A stretch of DNA of 64,000 nucleotides from an uncultured Gammaproteobacteria bacterium. Lineage in GTDB: Bacteria > Patescibacteriota > Patescibacteriia > UBA11705 > JABHMO01. The stretch spans positions 90,697 to 154,696 of the forward strand of contig CAZPYM010000002.1 in NCBI GenBank assembly GCA_964590105.1. Direction: 5' to 3'. A program made the translations under genes and the position numbers. Under the pieces are notes generated by a model that was not told the DNA's origin, searched no databases, and saw nothing but the letters and a program-made list of their open reading frames with translations. Below are positions 1 through 8,712 of this stretch, piece after piece; within the stretch, counting starts at the first letter, position 1, and the number at the start of each line of letters is the position of its first letter.

Positions 1-220
1 GGCCGAGAAATCATCTGCACGGTAGTAAGAGTCAAACCAAAGTCCGCCAAAATTCCAAAAAACTGCAAAAAGGCCGTAACCGTAATATAGTAACCAAAAC
101 CTTCTTTGCCCAAATAGCGCGTCATCATGGCCACTGCCACTAAACTCAAAATTAAACTGATAAATTTACCGGTCAAATGAATAATCGTGTTATGAGCGAT
201 TTTTTTATTCAAAGTCATAT
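1..220 (-). CDS. Partial CDS, N-terminus only; runs off the window start. Polysaccharide/oligosaccharide flippase-like (MOP/Wzx family) membrane protein.
   Basis: The reverse complement of 1-220 begins ATG and translates to MTLNKKIAHNTIIHLTGKFISLILSLVAVAMMTRYLGKEGFGYYITVTAFLQFFGILADFGLTLTTVQMISR. This N-terminal pattern (hydrophobic TM helices, R/K-YLG) is typical of Wzx/MOP flippases. It is truncated by the window edge, so it is absent from the ORF track. Confidence 0.4.
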
Positions 221-460
221 TTCATTAATCATTAAACATGGGACATTATTCATAGAGAGTAGGGCTACCCTTCTTTTCTAATCTTGTGTAGGAGGGATTC
301 CCGAATCCCGCCGCCCTTTTCCACGTTCTCCATTCCATGTTCCGTGTTATGTATTATGTTTCCCGTATTCCTCATTCACTACAATTCTATCACCAAATTA
401 TTGTTACAGCAAAGATATTTTTTGTTTTTCCGCTAAAATTAAGCGCAAACAATTTAACCC

Positions 461-488
461 TTGACAAATAATAGATATCTGCTAAACT
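461..488 (+). promoter_or_regulatory. Sigma70-like promoter (TTGACA-16-TAAACT) upstream of the nfeD-flotillin pair.
   Basis: TTGACA at 461-466 and TAAACT at 483-488 with a 16-nt spacer. It lies about 55 nt upstream of the AAAGGAGG RBS and the ATG at 542. Confidence 0.4.
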
Positions 489-541
489 ATTCCATTCTGC
501 AATTACGCAGAATTGGGCTCATTGAAAACAAAGGAGGCACT

Positions 542-1174
542 ATGGAAACATGGTGGGTCGCGCTCAGCGGTTCTGAACAGTTTTTCTGGGTAATTGCCAT
601 CATTTCCACAATCTTTTTGCTCTGCCAGTTTGTCATGCTCCTCGTCGGTCTGGATGACCAGCACGATGGGAGCACTGACACTGACGCAGATTTTGACGGA
701 CACGTTGATGGCCACGATCATGACTCTGATTCTGATCATGACCATGACGCCGGCCATCACGGCCTGGCACTCAAGAGTTTCTTTTCCATTCGCAGTTTGG
801 TGGCTTTTTTTCTCGGATTTTCATGGGGGGGACTTGGTTGTTTGGAATCAGGACTGTCACTTTCAGCGGCAGTCGCTATCAGTATCGTTATCGGAATTGT
901 GATGGCCAGTGTGGTTTTGCTGATTTTCCGGGCCCTTGTAGGCCTCCGGAGCAACGGCACGCTATCTGTCAAAAATGCGATCGGCCAGAAGGGCGTTGTG
1001 CTCATCCTGGTCCCGGCTAATAAAAACGGTTACGGAAAAGTGCATGTCACGGTCCAGGGGCGACTCTGCGACCTGACGGCGGTGACGGACGGCGACATCA
1101 GTCTGCCGAGAGGAACCTCCATCACTGTGAAAGACGTGAAAGGCGATTCTCTCGTAGTTGTCAAGGATCAGTAA
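542..1174 (+). CDS. NfeD-like membrane protein (flotillin-associated, C-terminal OB-fold) with a His/Asp-rich loop.
   Basis: The ORF-track frame is 461..1174, but the ATG at 542 follows a strong RBS AAAGGAGG. There are two hydrophobic segments and an acidic/His-rich stretch DDQHDGSTDTDADFDGHVDGHDHDSDSDHDHDAGHH. The C-terminal beta-rich tail GKVHVTVQG...GTSITVKDVKGDSLVVVKD is typical of the NfeD OB-fold. It sits immediately upstream of a flotillin gene, the canonical NfeD-flotillin operon arrangement. Visibly GC-rich. Confidence 0.6.
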   Translation: METWWVALSGSEQFFWVIAIISTIFLLCQFVMLLVGLDDQHDGSTDTDADFDGHVDGHDHDSDSDHDHDAGHHGLALKSFFSIRSLVAFFLGFSWGGLGCLESGLSLSAAVAISIVIGIVMASVVLLIFRALVGLRSNGTLSVKNAIGQKGVVLILVPANKNGYGKVHVTVQGRLCDLTAVTDGDISLPRGTSITVKDVKGDSLVVVKDQ

Positions 1175-1206
1175 CCACCACACAACAACCCAAGAAGGAG
1201 GCTATC

Positions 1207-2907
1207 ATGGTGGCAGGAATCTCAATGTGGGTGATCCTGAGCGCGATTTTCGGGCTCATGGTCTTCATTCTTCTCATCTCGGCGGCGGCGCGCTACAAGC
1301 GCTGTCCGTCCAACAAAATCCTGGTCAAGTACGGCAAGGTCGGCAAGGACAAGTCCGCCGAGTGCATCCATGGCGGCGCCACCTTTGTGTGGCCGCTACT
1401 CCAGTCGTACGAGTATCTTGACCTCATCCCCATGACCATCGAGGTCAGCCTGAAGAGCGCGCTGTCCAAGCAGAACATCAGGATCAACGTGCCTTCCAGA
1501 TTCACCATCGGCGTATCCACCGAACCGCATGTCATGCAGTCGGCTGCAGAGCGCTTGCTCGGCCTGAGCCTCAAGGAAATCGAAACCCGGGCAGAGGACA
1601 TCATCCTCGGCCAGCTTCGCGCCACGATCGCCACGATGAAGATCGAGGAGATCAACAGCGACCGAGAGGGCTTCGAGAAGAAAGTCCAGGACAACGTCGA
1701 ATCCGAGCTGAACAAGATCGGCCTCAAGCTGATCAACGTGAACATCACGGACATCACTGACGAGTCCGGGTACATCGAGGCGCTCGGCAAGCAGGCCGCG
1801 GCCGAAGCCATCAACAACGCCAAAGTGCAGGTCGCCGAGCAGGACAAGGCTGGCGCCAGTGGAGAGGCAGAGGCTCGCAAGGACCAGACCATCAACGTCA
1901 CCGGCGCGGACCGGGAAGGCGCGGTGGTCAGAGCCCAAAACGAAGCCAAGATCTCCGAGGCGGACAAGGAACGCGACGTCAAGCGCGCCCAGTACACCGC
2001 GGAAACCCAGGCCGAAGAAGCCCGCCGCGACCAGGCCAAGCCGAAGGCAGACGCCGTGGCTCGGCAGGCGGTCGTGGTCGAGGAAGTCAAGGTCGAGGAA
2101 CGTCGCCAGCAGGCGCTGGTGGCGGTGAAGGAACGGGAGATCGAAGTAGCCGAGAAATCCCAGCAGGCTACGGTCGTCGTACCGGCGCTGAAGCTGGCAG
2201 ACGCGGCCGAAGCCAAGGCGGACGGCGATCGCCGAGCGGCGGTGAAGACCGCCGAAGGCCAGAAGCAATCGCAGATCCTCGCCGCGGAAGCTGAGAAGCA
2301 GAAGCGGGAACTCGAGGGTCAGGGCGAAGCGGCCCAGATCAAGGCGGTCGGGCTGGCCGAAGCGGCCAGAGTGCAGGCAATCGGCGAAGCCGAGGGCGCG
2401 GCCATCAAAGCCAAGCTCCTGGCCGAGGCCGAAGGTGTACTCAAGAAGGCAGAGGCCTATGCCAAGCTTGACAAAGCCGGAGCACTGCAGATGGTCCTGG
2501 AGAAGTTGCCCGAAATCATCGGCGCACTCGCGCCGGTCATGGCGGCAATCGCCAAGCCCATGGAGGCCATCGACAAGGTGGTAGTCATCGAACAGGGCAA
2601 CGGCGGCGGCGGCTCCGGACAGACCGGGGTATCCCGTTTCACCGGCAATGTGCCGGGAATCCTCTTCTCCTTCCTCCAGAAGGCAGGGGAAATGGGCATC
2701 GACGTCGGTCCCATGCTGAAGAAGGTCGGCATCGATGTCGAGGATCTGTTCAAGGCCGAGGCTCACAAGCCGACCGCCGAGGAACACGTCGACCAGCCGG
2801 CAGTTGAGGCGGCGCCCCCGGCCGCGGAAGCGACCAAGGGGACTCCGCCGGCCATTCCGGCAGATGCCAAACAGGGTGACAAGCACCCGCCCAAGGACGG
2901 CAAGTAA
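1207..2907 (+). CDS. Flotillin-like SPFH/band-7 protein (FloT/YqiK-like).
   Basis: 566 aa with an AGGAGG RBS 6 nt upstream. It has an N-terminal TM segment. An SPFH-like region (KRCPSNKILVKYGKVG...) is followed by a long Ala/Glu/Lys-rich coiled-coil with the EA-repeat flavour of flotillins (AEAEKQKRELEGQGEAAQIKAVGLAEAARVQAIGEAEGAAIKAKLLAEAEG). It pairs with the upstream NfeD-like gene. Very GC-rich relative to the rest of the window. Confidence 0.8.
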   Translation: MVAGISMWVILSAIFGLMVFILLISAAARYKRCPSNKILVKYGKVGKDKSAECIHGGATFVWPLLQSYEYLDLIPMTIEVSLKSALSKQNIRINVPSRFTIGVSTEPHVMQSAAERLLGLSLKEIETRAEDIILGQLRATIATMKIEEINSDREGFEKKVQDNVESELNKIGLKLINVNITDITDESGYIEALGKQAAAEAINNAKVQVAEQDKAGASGEAEARKDQTINVTGADREGAVVRAQNEAKISEADKERDVKRAQYTAETQAEEARRDQAKPKADAVARQAVVVEEVKVEERRQQALVAVKEREIEVAEKSQQATVVVPALKLADAAEAKADGDRRAAVKTAEGQKQSQILAAEAEKQKRELEGQGEAAQIKAVGLAEAARVQAIGEAEGAAIKAKLLAEAEGVLKKAEAYAKLDKAGALQMVLEKLPEIIGALAPVMAAIAKPMEAIDKVVVIEQGNGGGGSGQTGVSRFTGNVPGILFSFLQKAGEMGIDVGPMLKKVGIDVEDLFKAEAHKPTAEEHVDQPAVEAAPPAAEATKGTPPAIPADAKQGDKHPPKDGK

Positions 2908-2925
2908 GCGTCCATTGTAATCGAT

Positions 2926-2963
2926 CTCCCGTTACCACCAAGTTGGTATCGGGAGTTTTTTTT
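2926..2963 (+). terminator. Rho-independent terminator after the flotillin gene.
   Basis: CTCCCG...CGGGAG stem followed by TTTTTTTT. Confidence 0.6.
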
Positions 2964-3040
2964 GACCGCTTATTGACAATTACTAAATTTACCGTCATAC
3001 TTGGACGAAACAACTGTCCTTTTAAATGGAGGTCTCAATC

Positions 3041-3292
3041 ATGCAATTCGTCTGGTGGAACATCGCGATTGCTTGGGCAATCATTTTTGCAATTTTCTTT
3101 GTAATCCTCAAAATCAAAGCATCCAAGAATCCTACCATCTCCGCTCTTACTTCGTCCGTAATGTCGATTGCAGCTTGCCTTGTTTTTCTCTGTACTCTCC
3201 ATTGGATATGCACTCATATCCTTGTAATTTCGATTGTTGCGTTCTCTGTTGCGGTTCTGACAGTAATATTCCTGCGGTTAAAAAACCAATAA
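3041..3292 (+). CDS. Small hypothetical membrane protein (about 83 aa, 3 TM).
   Basis: ORF-track frame is 3026..3292. The ATG at 3041 is preceded by GGAGG. The protein is strongly hydrophobic: MQFVWWNIAIAWAIIFAIFFVILKI... A hairpin terminator follows. Confidence 0.4.
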   Translation: MQFVWWNIAIAWAIIFAIFFVILKIKASKNPTISALTSSVMSIAACLVFLCTLHWICTHILVISIVAFSVAVLTVIFLRLKNQ

Positions 3293-3298
3293 ACGTCA

Positions 3299-3329
3299 AA
3301 ACCAGCCCCTTACCGAGCTGGTTTTTTTA
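3299..3329 (+). terminator. Rho-independent terminator.
   Basis: ACCAGC-10 nt-GCTGGT stem followed by TTTTTTT. Confidence 0.45.
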
Positions 3330-3485
3330 TTCTTGAACTCTAATCTTTTATTTTTATTCTTCTCCCTACACTCCGCGCCCCACGTTATGCGTTATATATG
3401 GAAATTGAGATGTAACCACGCTCCTCGCAAAAAAAAGGGGTGGTAGACCTGTAAATTTTAGATTTTTAGTTTCAAATTTCCTTTT

Positions 3486-3540
3486 GCGCCAGAGGCGCAT
3501 CCACCTTTGGCGGAGGATTTTGTCCCGCCATGGCGGGATG
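3486..3540. repeat. GC-rich hairpin-pair intergenic repeat, copy A. Family members also at 11269-11298 and 20142-20186, with a related patch at 9080-9160.
   Basis: GCGCCAGAGGCGC, then ATCCACCTTTGGCGGAGGA, then TCCCGCCATGGCGGGA. The reverse complement reads CCGCCAAAGGTGGATGCGCCTCTGGCGCAAAAGG, which closely matches copies B and C. Confidence 0.5.
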
Positions 3541-3551
3541 GGCTTTGGGCT

Positions 3552-3815
3552 TTATTTCACTGGATCATTCCCACCTTTTGAAAACGGGTTACATCGCAAA
3601 ACACGCCAAATCGCCTTAGAGCCGCCCTTGAATACGCCATACTTTTCAACAGCTTCATAACCATACTGCGAACAAGTCGGATGAAACCGGCAATAACCAC
3701 CCGGAAACATATGTTTCAGCGGACCATGGTCAAAAGACAAAGTGTTCTGATATATTCTAATCATTTTAAGCAAAACAATCCGAGGATAATATTTAAATAT
3801 TGAGATCTTCGTCAT
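3552..3815 (-). CDS. yidD: Membrane protein insertion efficiency factor YidD.
   Basis: The C-terminal half, [47 protein letters not shown], matches the conserved YidD/DUF37 motif (CRF.PTCS.Y..EA...G...G..L...R.LRC.P...GG.DPV). It lies directly downstream of rnpA as in the canonical rpmH-rnpA-yidD cluster. The start is uncertain; M at 3815 or 3764 are both possible, and the ORF-track start at 3863 is an unlikely upstream extension. Confidence 0.8.
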   Translation of the reverse strand: MTKISIFKYYPRIVLLKMIRIYQNTLSFDHGPLKHMFPGGYCRFHPTCSQYGYEAVEKYGVFKGGSKAIWRVLRCNPFSKGGNDPVK

Positions 3816-3849
3816 AAAATAAAAAGTGGGGGGGGAAAGGTGACACCAA

Positions 3850-4206
3850 TTATAACAGGCCAACTTGTTTAAGTAAATAAATCAGTTCTTTTTCGATGAC
3901 TAAATATTCTTTGTCTTTAATTGCCGACTTAACAATAATCAAACAATCATTTTTGATTTTTAATTTATCTAATTTAAGTCTGATTATTTCGCGCAACTGC
4001 CTTTTGATTTTATTCCTACCGGTAGCTCGCTTGTCAATTTTATTACTAATAATAAACCCAAACCGCGGATTATCAATTCCATTATTAAAACACTTGACAA
4101 TCAAAAGCTGCCCGGCCGTATTTCTACCTTTCTTTTGCTTGAATTCCCGACCAAAAAAAGCATCAAATTCTTTTTGTTTGGTAATTCTATTTTTTTTGTC
4201 CAACAT
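3850..4206 (-). CDS. rnpA: Ribonuclease P protein component.
   Basis: 118 aa, basic. [31 protein letters not shown]...[28 protein letters not shown] is typical of RnpA. It lies between rpmH and yidD. Confidence 0.85.
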   Translation of the reverse strand: MLDKKNRITKQKEFDAFFGREFKQKKGRNTAGQLLIVKCFNNGIDNPRFGFIISNKIDKRATGRNKIKRQLREIIRLKLDKLKIKNDCLIIVKSAIKDKEYLVIEKELIYLLKQVGLL

Positions 4207-4311
4207 ATATTATATAGGTAATGCAACGAACGCTTCCCGTTTCCTATGTTAAAACAAAAAGCTTCACCTTTTCAAGTGTAGCTTTTTTGCATGAAAAAAT
4301 CCAGGTTAGTT

Positions 4312-4458
4312 TTATCGATCTGAAGAAGTTAGACTCTTCCTGGCGCGCTGTCTTCGCCTTTTCAATATTTTCCTTCCGTCTTTAGATTTCATCCTGCTCC
4401 TAAAACCGTGCTTTTTTAGCTTTTTTCTGGTATTTGGCTGGAATGTTCTTTTGGGCAT
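4312..4458 (-). CDS. rpmH: 50S ribosomal protein L34.
   Basis: Not in the ORF track because it is under 60 aa. The reverse complement of 4312-4458 translates to [48 protein letters not shown], a textbook L34. It is divergent from dnaA. Confidence 0.85.
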   Translation of the reverse strand: MPKRTFQPNTRKKLKKHGFRSRMKSKDGRKILKRRRQRARKSLTSSDR

Positions 4459-4772
4459 ATACTAGGTTAGATGATTAAAAGAAAAAACTAAGAAATTAAT
4501 AAATTAAGAAAACAAGAAAAAAGGACCTTCTAATAAACTTAGCTTTGAAAAGTATAGCTCAAAATTAAATGTCTGTCAATGATTTTTTCTCTTGCAATTT
4601 TTTAGATAGTAATATAAAATTTTTACAAGAACTAACTTATCAACAGATTACTAACAGTTTAGACGCCTTTGGGGACATTTCAACAGCTTGTCCACATCTG
4701 CTTGCAGTGCTAAAATACAATCGTTAACAAGAATCTCGCTTCAGCAGGCTAACAAAAATAAAAATCCTTACT

Positions 4773-6152
4773 ATGGAAGATCAAAATCTACAACTTTGGC
4801 AAGCAGTGCTGGGCGAACTCGAGCTAACGCTGAGTAAGGCAAGCTTTACCACTTGGCTGAAAAATACTTTTATTATTGAAAATGAAGACGGCCGGATTGT
4901 TATCGGCGTGCCGAATACTTTTTCCCAAGCCTGGCTAAAACAAAAATATCATCAGAAAATTTACAACCTAATACAATCAAAAACCAAAGACCGAATTAAA
5001 GAAATCCACTATAAAGTCCAAAGCGTAAAAAATTATCAGGAAGAAATTAAAACACTGAAAAAACAAATTGTTGAAACAGCTCAAAATCAAGTAATACCCA
5101 CCAACCCTTCTTCCCCGACAAAAGTTCTGGGGCTCAATCCCAAGTATATATTTAACAATTTTATTGTTGGTAAAGGCAATGAACTGGCGCACGCCGCTTC
5201 CATTGCCGTGTCAGAACGACCGGGATTAACTTATAATCCTCTTTTTATTTACGGCGGCGTTGGTCTCGGAAAAACTCACTTATTGCATGCCGTTGGCAAT
5301 ACTATTTCTGCAAAAGATCCGAGTAAAAAAATTCTTTACGTTACTTGTGAGCAATTTACAAATGATTTCATAAGCGCCATCTCTTCCGGCCGAGCGGAAA
5401 AATTTAATATTGCCTACCGCACAGTGGATGTCCTCCTGATCGACGATATTCAATTTCTAACCGGCAAAGAAGGAACACAGGAAGCGTTTTTTCATACTTT
5501 TAATGACCTTCACCAGCGGGACAAACAAATTGTTTTGACTTCCGACCGACCGCCAAAAGCGATCGCCACGCTGGAAGACCGGCTTCTCTCAAGGTTTGAA
5601 TGGGGGATGATCGCTGATATTTCTCAGCCTGATCTTGAGACCAGAATTGCCATTTTAGAAGCAAAATGCCAGGAAAAAGAATTTGAATTGGAACGGGACA
5701 TCATTCAATATATTACCCTGAATATTCAAAACAACATTCGGGAGCTCGAAGGCGCTCTAAATAAAATAATAGCTTATCATCAACTGAACAAAATCACTCC
5801 CACCCTTGAAAACGTTAAAAAGATACTTTTTTCCATTTCCACTTCCAGCAAAAAAACCGGCGCTGTGTCCGCTCGTCAGCTGATTGAACTGGTTTGCGAT
5901 TTTTATGATTTGACAATTGACGATATGCTCGGCAAGAGCCGGGAAAAAAGACTGGCTTTCCCTCGCCAAATCATTATGTTTCTTCTTCGGGAAGAACTTC
6001 AATGCTCTTATCCAATGATTGGCAATGAACTCGGCGGCCGTGACCACACCACGGCTATGCACGCCCACGAAAAAATTTCCAGAGTCATGGAGTCGGATGA
6101 AAAAACCAGGCAGGAAATAAATTTAATCAAGCAAAGAGTTTACGCGCACTGA
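4773..6152 (+). CDS. dnaA: Chromosomal replication initiator protein DnaA.
   Basis: 459 aa. Walker A GGVGLGKTHLLHA, the AAA+ box LLIDDIQFL, sensor motifs and the C-terminal DNA-binding domain (LGKSREKRLAFPRQIIMFLLRE...GGRDHTTAMHAHEKI) are all present. Confidence 0.97.
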   Translation: MEDQNLQLWQAVLGELELTLSKASFTTWLKNTFIIENEDGRIVIGVPNTFSQAWLKQKYHQKIYNLIQSKTKDRIKEIHYKVQSVKNYQEEIKTLKKQIVETAQNQVIPTNPSSPTKVLGLNPKYIFNNFIVGKGNELAHAASIAVSERPGLTYNPLFIYGGVGLGKTHLLHAVGNTISAKDPSKKILYVTCEQFTNDFISAISSGRAEKFNIAYRTVDVLLIDDIQFLTGKEGTQEAFFHTFNDLHQRDKQIVLTSDRPPKAIATLEDRLLSRFEWGMIADISQPDLETRIAILEAKCQEKEFELERDIIQYITLNIQNNIRELEGALNKIIAYHQLNKITPTLENVKKILFSISTSSKKTGAVSARQLIELVCDFYDLTIDDMLGKSREKRLAFPRQIIMFLLREELQCSYPMIGNELGGRDHTTAMHAHEKISRVMESDEKTRQEINLIKQRVYAH

Positions 6153-6457
6153 TATCCTGTGGAAAACTCCCCGGTTTCAAGGGATAAAATAAGTGGATAA
6201 AAACAAGTCCAATCTGTTCATAAATATCTACCTCGCGGTTTTCCTTCAATAGTCTGTTTTTGTCCCCTGCTCTGATACAGGCATATCAACAATTCATCCA
6301 TAGACCTGTTTGCATAAAATTAAATTAAACAAAGGCTTATCCACCGCTATCCACAGCATTATTATTATTATTATTTTTATATATATATAATTTCTTATAA
6401 TAAGAAGAAGAGCAAATCAATTAAATAGAAAAAAATAAGTCATAAAAAAACTGGGAT
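6153..6457. promoter_or_regulatory. Likely oriC: a DnaA-box cluster plus an AT-rich DNA unwinding element between dnaA and dnaN.
   Basis: DnaA-box matches: TGTGGAAAA at 6158-6166 (reverse complement TTTTCCACA), AGTGGATAA at 6192-6200 (reverse complement TTATCCACT), TTATCCACC at 6337-6345 and CTATCCACA at 6347-6355. A nearly pure AT tract ATTATTATTATTATTTTTATATATATATAATTT follows at 6357-6400. Confidence 0.75.
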
Positions 6458-7585
6458 ATGAAATTAACTTGCTTGCAAGAAAATTTAAACTTCGGACTGC
6501 AGTCAACAGGACATTTGGTAAATAAAAATATTAATTTACCGATTCTTAGTAATGTACTTCTAGAAGCCAAGGAAGGAACCTTAAAACTCTCAAGCACGAA
6601 TCTTGAAATCGGCATCAGCTGTGTGGTTCGTTGCAAAGTTGAAACAGAAGGGTCTTTTACTGTTGACGCCAGGCTTTTGTCTGAATATATAAATTTATTG
6701 CCCAATGAACAAGTAAATATAAATTTAGCTAGTGATGATTTTTTGAAAGTAGCCTGTCGAAATTCAGAAACCAAAATAAAGGGCATCGTGGCGGATGACT
6801 TCCCTGTCATTCCAAAAATCGACAAGCAAAATCCGTATCGTGTAAAAATAGATGAATTTAAAAAAGCAATTTCGCAAGTAATTTTTACGGTCGCCTCATC
6901 AGAAAACAGACCGGAGATTAGTGGAGTATTGCTTAGTTTTAATAAGTTTAAGAAAAATGAATTATTTTTAGCTGGCACGGACAGCTACCGTTTGGCGGAA
7001 AAAAGTGTCGCCCTGGTTGAAGGTCAACAAGAGCAAGACGTGATAGTTCCACTAAAAACAATGCAGGAAGTTTTGCGAATATTGAATAATTTGAAAGATC
7101 AGGCCAATAATGTTGAACAGCTGGACATTTATATTTCAGAAAATCAAATTCTATTTAATTGCGATTCGATTGAATTAATTTCCCGACTGCTTGAAGGGCA
7201 GTATCCTGATTATAAACAAATAATTCCGCAAGAAACAAAAACCAAGATCATAACTTCGGTTGCCGAGCTAAGCAAAGCCATAAAAAAAGTGGCGTTATTT
7301 TCCAAAGCCGGAATTTTTGATATTAATTTAGTATTTGAAGCTCAAAAAGGACTGACAGTCAGCGCAGTGAATACTCAAGTCGGAGAAAGTAAAACTGATC
7401 TTGATGTAGAATTTACCGGCGAAACAAATGATACAACTTTGAACTTTCGATATTTATTGGACGGCTTGAATAATCTAGACTCAAGCGAAGTTGAAATTAG
7501 CCTAGTGGACAATAATCTCCCCTGTATTATGAAAGCAAAAGGAAAAGATGATTATTTGTATATTGTAATGCCGATTAAACAATGA
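6458..7585 (+). CDS. dnaN: DNA polymerase III beta sliding clamp.
   Basis: 375 aa. MKLTCLQENLNFGLQ...LPILSNVLLEAKEGTLKLSSTNLEIGI and the C-terminal LVDNNLPCIMKAKGKDDYLYIVMPI are typical DnaN. It lies downstream of dnaA. Confidence 0.95.
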   Translation: MKLTCLQENLNFGLQSTGHLVNKNINLPILSNVLLEAKEGTLKLSSTNLEIGISCVVRCKVETEGSFTVDARLLSEYINLLPNEQVNINLASDDFLKVACRNSETKIKGIVADDFPVIPKIDKQNPYRVKIDEFKKAISQVIFTVASSENRPEISGVLLSFNKFKKNELFLAGTDSYRLAEKSVALVEGQQEQDVIVPLKTMQEVLRILNNLKDQANNVEQLDIYISENQILFNCDSIELISRLLEGQYPDYKQIIPQETKTKIITSVAELSKAIKKVALFSKAGIFDINLVFEAQKGLTVSAVNTQVGESKTDLDVEFTGETNDTTLNFRYLLDGLNNLDSSEVEISLVDNNLPCIMKAKGKDDYLYIVMPIKQ

Positions 7586-7752
7586 CGCGGATTTAACTAA
7601 TTGCATGAGAATAATGTGGTAAGCGTTGACCAAGCATGTACACATATAATAATTAGAAAATAAAAAATACGCTTCTGATTTGGGGCGTGTTTTTGTCTAG
7701 CGCGGGGCGCTATCATGCCTTAGAGCATGATAGTGAAAACTAGGTAATATAG

Positions 7753-7780
7753 TTGACATTGCGATTATTTTTGATATATT
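7753..7780 (+). promoter_or_regulatory. Sigma70-like promoter (TTGACA-16-TATATT) for the tRNA-Gly/tRNA-Leu pair.
   Basis: TTGACA at 7753-7758 and TATATT about 16 nt downstream, about 20 nt before tRNA-Gly. Confidence 0.4.
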
Positions 7781-7800
7781 ATATCAAAGTTGATAATTAT

Positions 7801-7873
7801 GCGGGAGTAGCTTAGTTGGTAGAGCGCAACCTTGCCAAGGTTGAGGTCGCGGGTTCGAGTCCCGTCTCCCGCT
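7801..7873 (+). tRNA. tRNA-Gly (anticodon GCC).
   Basis: Cloverleaf: acceptor GCGGGAG/CTCCCGC, D-arm GCTTAGTTGGTAGAGC, anticodon stem CAACC/GGTTG with loop TTGCCAA, T-arm GCGGGTTCGAGTCCCGT. CCA is encoded after it. Confidence 0.9.
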
Positions 7874-7923
7874 CCAGAAGTAGGGATAATTCATGAATTG
7901 TCCCTACTTCTGGAAATACGCTA

Positions 7924-8008
7924 GCCCCGGTGGCGGAATTGGTAGACGCGCAGGACTTAAAATCCTGTGGTTGTATAAACCGTGCCGGTTCGATTCCGGC
8001 CCGGGGCA
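7924..8008 (+). tRNA. tRNA-Leu (anticodon TAA), class II with a long variable arm.
   Basis: Acceptor GCCCCGG/CCGGGGC, anticodon stem CAGGA/TCCTG with loop CTTAAAA, long variable arm, T-arm CCGGTTCGATTCCGG. CCA is encoded. The ORF-track entries overlapping these two tRNAs are spurious. Confidence 0.9.
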
Positions 8009-8136
8009 CCACGGAGGAAAAGTCAAAGAGTTTTGGTTCGCCTTGCTTCGCTCGGCGACCAATTGGTATTCAATTTTGGGGGTAAAAACGAATTTACGAT
8101 TTCGCATTTTGGAGGAAGAAAAAAATTTTAATCCTT

Positions 8137-8712
8137 ATGGAACAAAAAGAAATATTAAATTTTGCCAAAAATTCAGAAACCGTTATTTCTGGTAGTTTTC
8201 GAAAGCACATGGAACAAATTGGCAAAGCATTGGACGGTTTTGGAAAAGCTAATGTAAAAGTTCTTGCGCCAACTACAAGAGAAGCCATTAACCAAGATGA
8301 AGATTTTATTATTCTTGCCACTGATGACCCTAGTAAACCGCCACACAAATTGGAAATGGATTTTATGCGAGAAATACGTAAGGCGGATTTTCTGTATGTA
8401 GCTGATGTTGATGGGTATGTCGGACAAAGTGTTGCGACCGAGATGGCATATGCTCGGCTCAAAAATTTACCTGTTGTCGTTGCTGAAGTAATAAAAACTT
8501 TTTCTAGTGAAATTTCCGAGGAAGCACAAGAACTTTTGAAAAAAACTGTTGCTGGGACTCTCGGAATCTCAGACATATCAAAAGAGAAAATAGTGGAACT
8601 CAAACAAAGTTTTTCAAGTTTAGACATGCCGAATTTAACAGAGGAAGAAACTAGAATTTTGCAAACGCTCATTAAGAAATTACTTAAAGATTTAAAATCT
8701 CTACAAAAATGA
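8137..8712 (+). CDS. Nucleoside 2-deoxyribosyltransferase / DNPH1(Rcl)-like protein (nucleotide salvage).
   Basis: 191 aa. The segment DFLYVADVDGYVGQSVATEMAYARLKNLPVVV resembles the NDT/Rcl-family active-site region (D.G...E.G.A.A..KP). Identified by eye only. Confidence 0.4.
   Translation: MEQKEILNFAKNSETVISGSFRKHMEQIGKALDGFGKANVKVLAPTTREAINQDEDFIILATDDPSKPPHKLEMDFMREIRKADFLYVADVDGYVGQSVATEMAYARLKNLPVVVAEVIKTFSSEISEEAQELLKKTVAGTLGISDISKEKIVELKQSFSSLDMPNLTEEETRILQTLIKKLLKDLKSLQK

Noticed and set aside
1293-2886. Long minus-strand ORFs (307 aa and 496 aa) antisense to the flotillin gene, and the 40765-42063 minus-strand ORF (432 aa) antisense to the GHKL ATPase gene.
   Set aside because: High-GC DNA leaves long stop-free frames on all strands. 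The translations are Arg/Leu/Gly-rich without structure. The sense-strand genes have RBSs and recognisable domains.
7812-8195. ORF-track entries 7812-8012 (minus strand), 7893-8195 (plus strand) and 7904-8107 (minus strand).
   Set aside because: They overlap the tRNA-Gly and tRNA-Leu genes and the surrounding promoter region. The translations are low-complexity. These are spurious ORFs across RNA genes.
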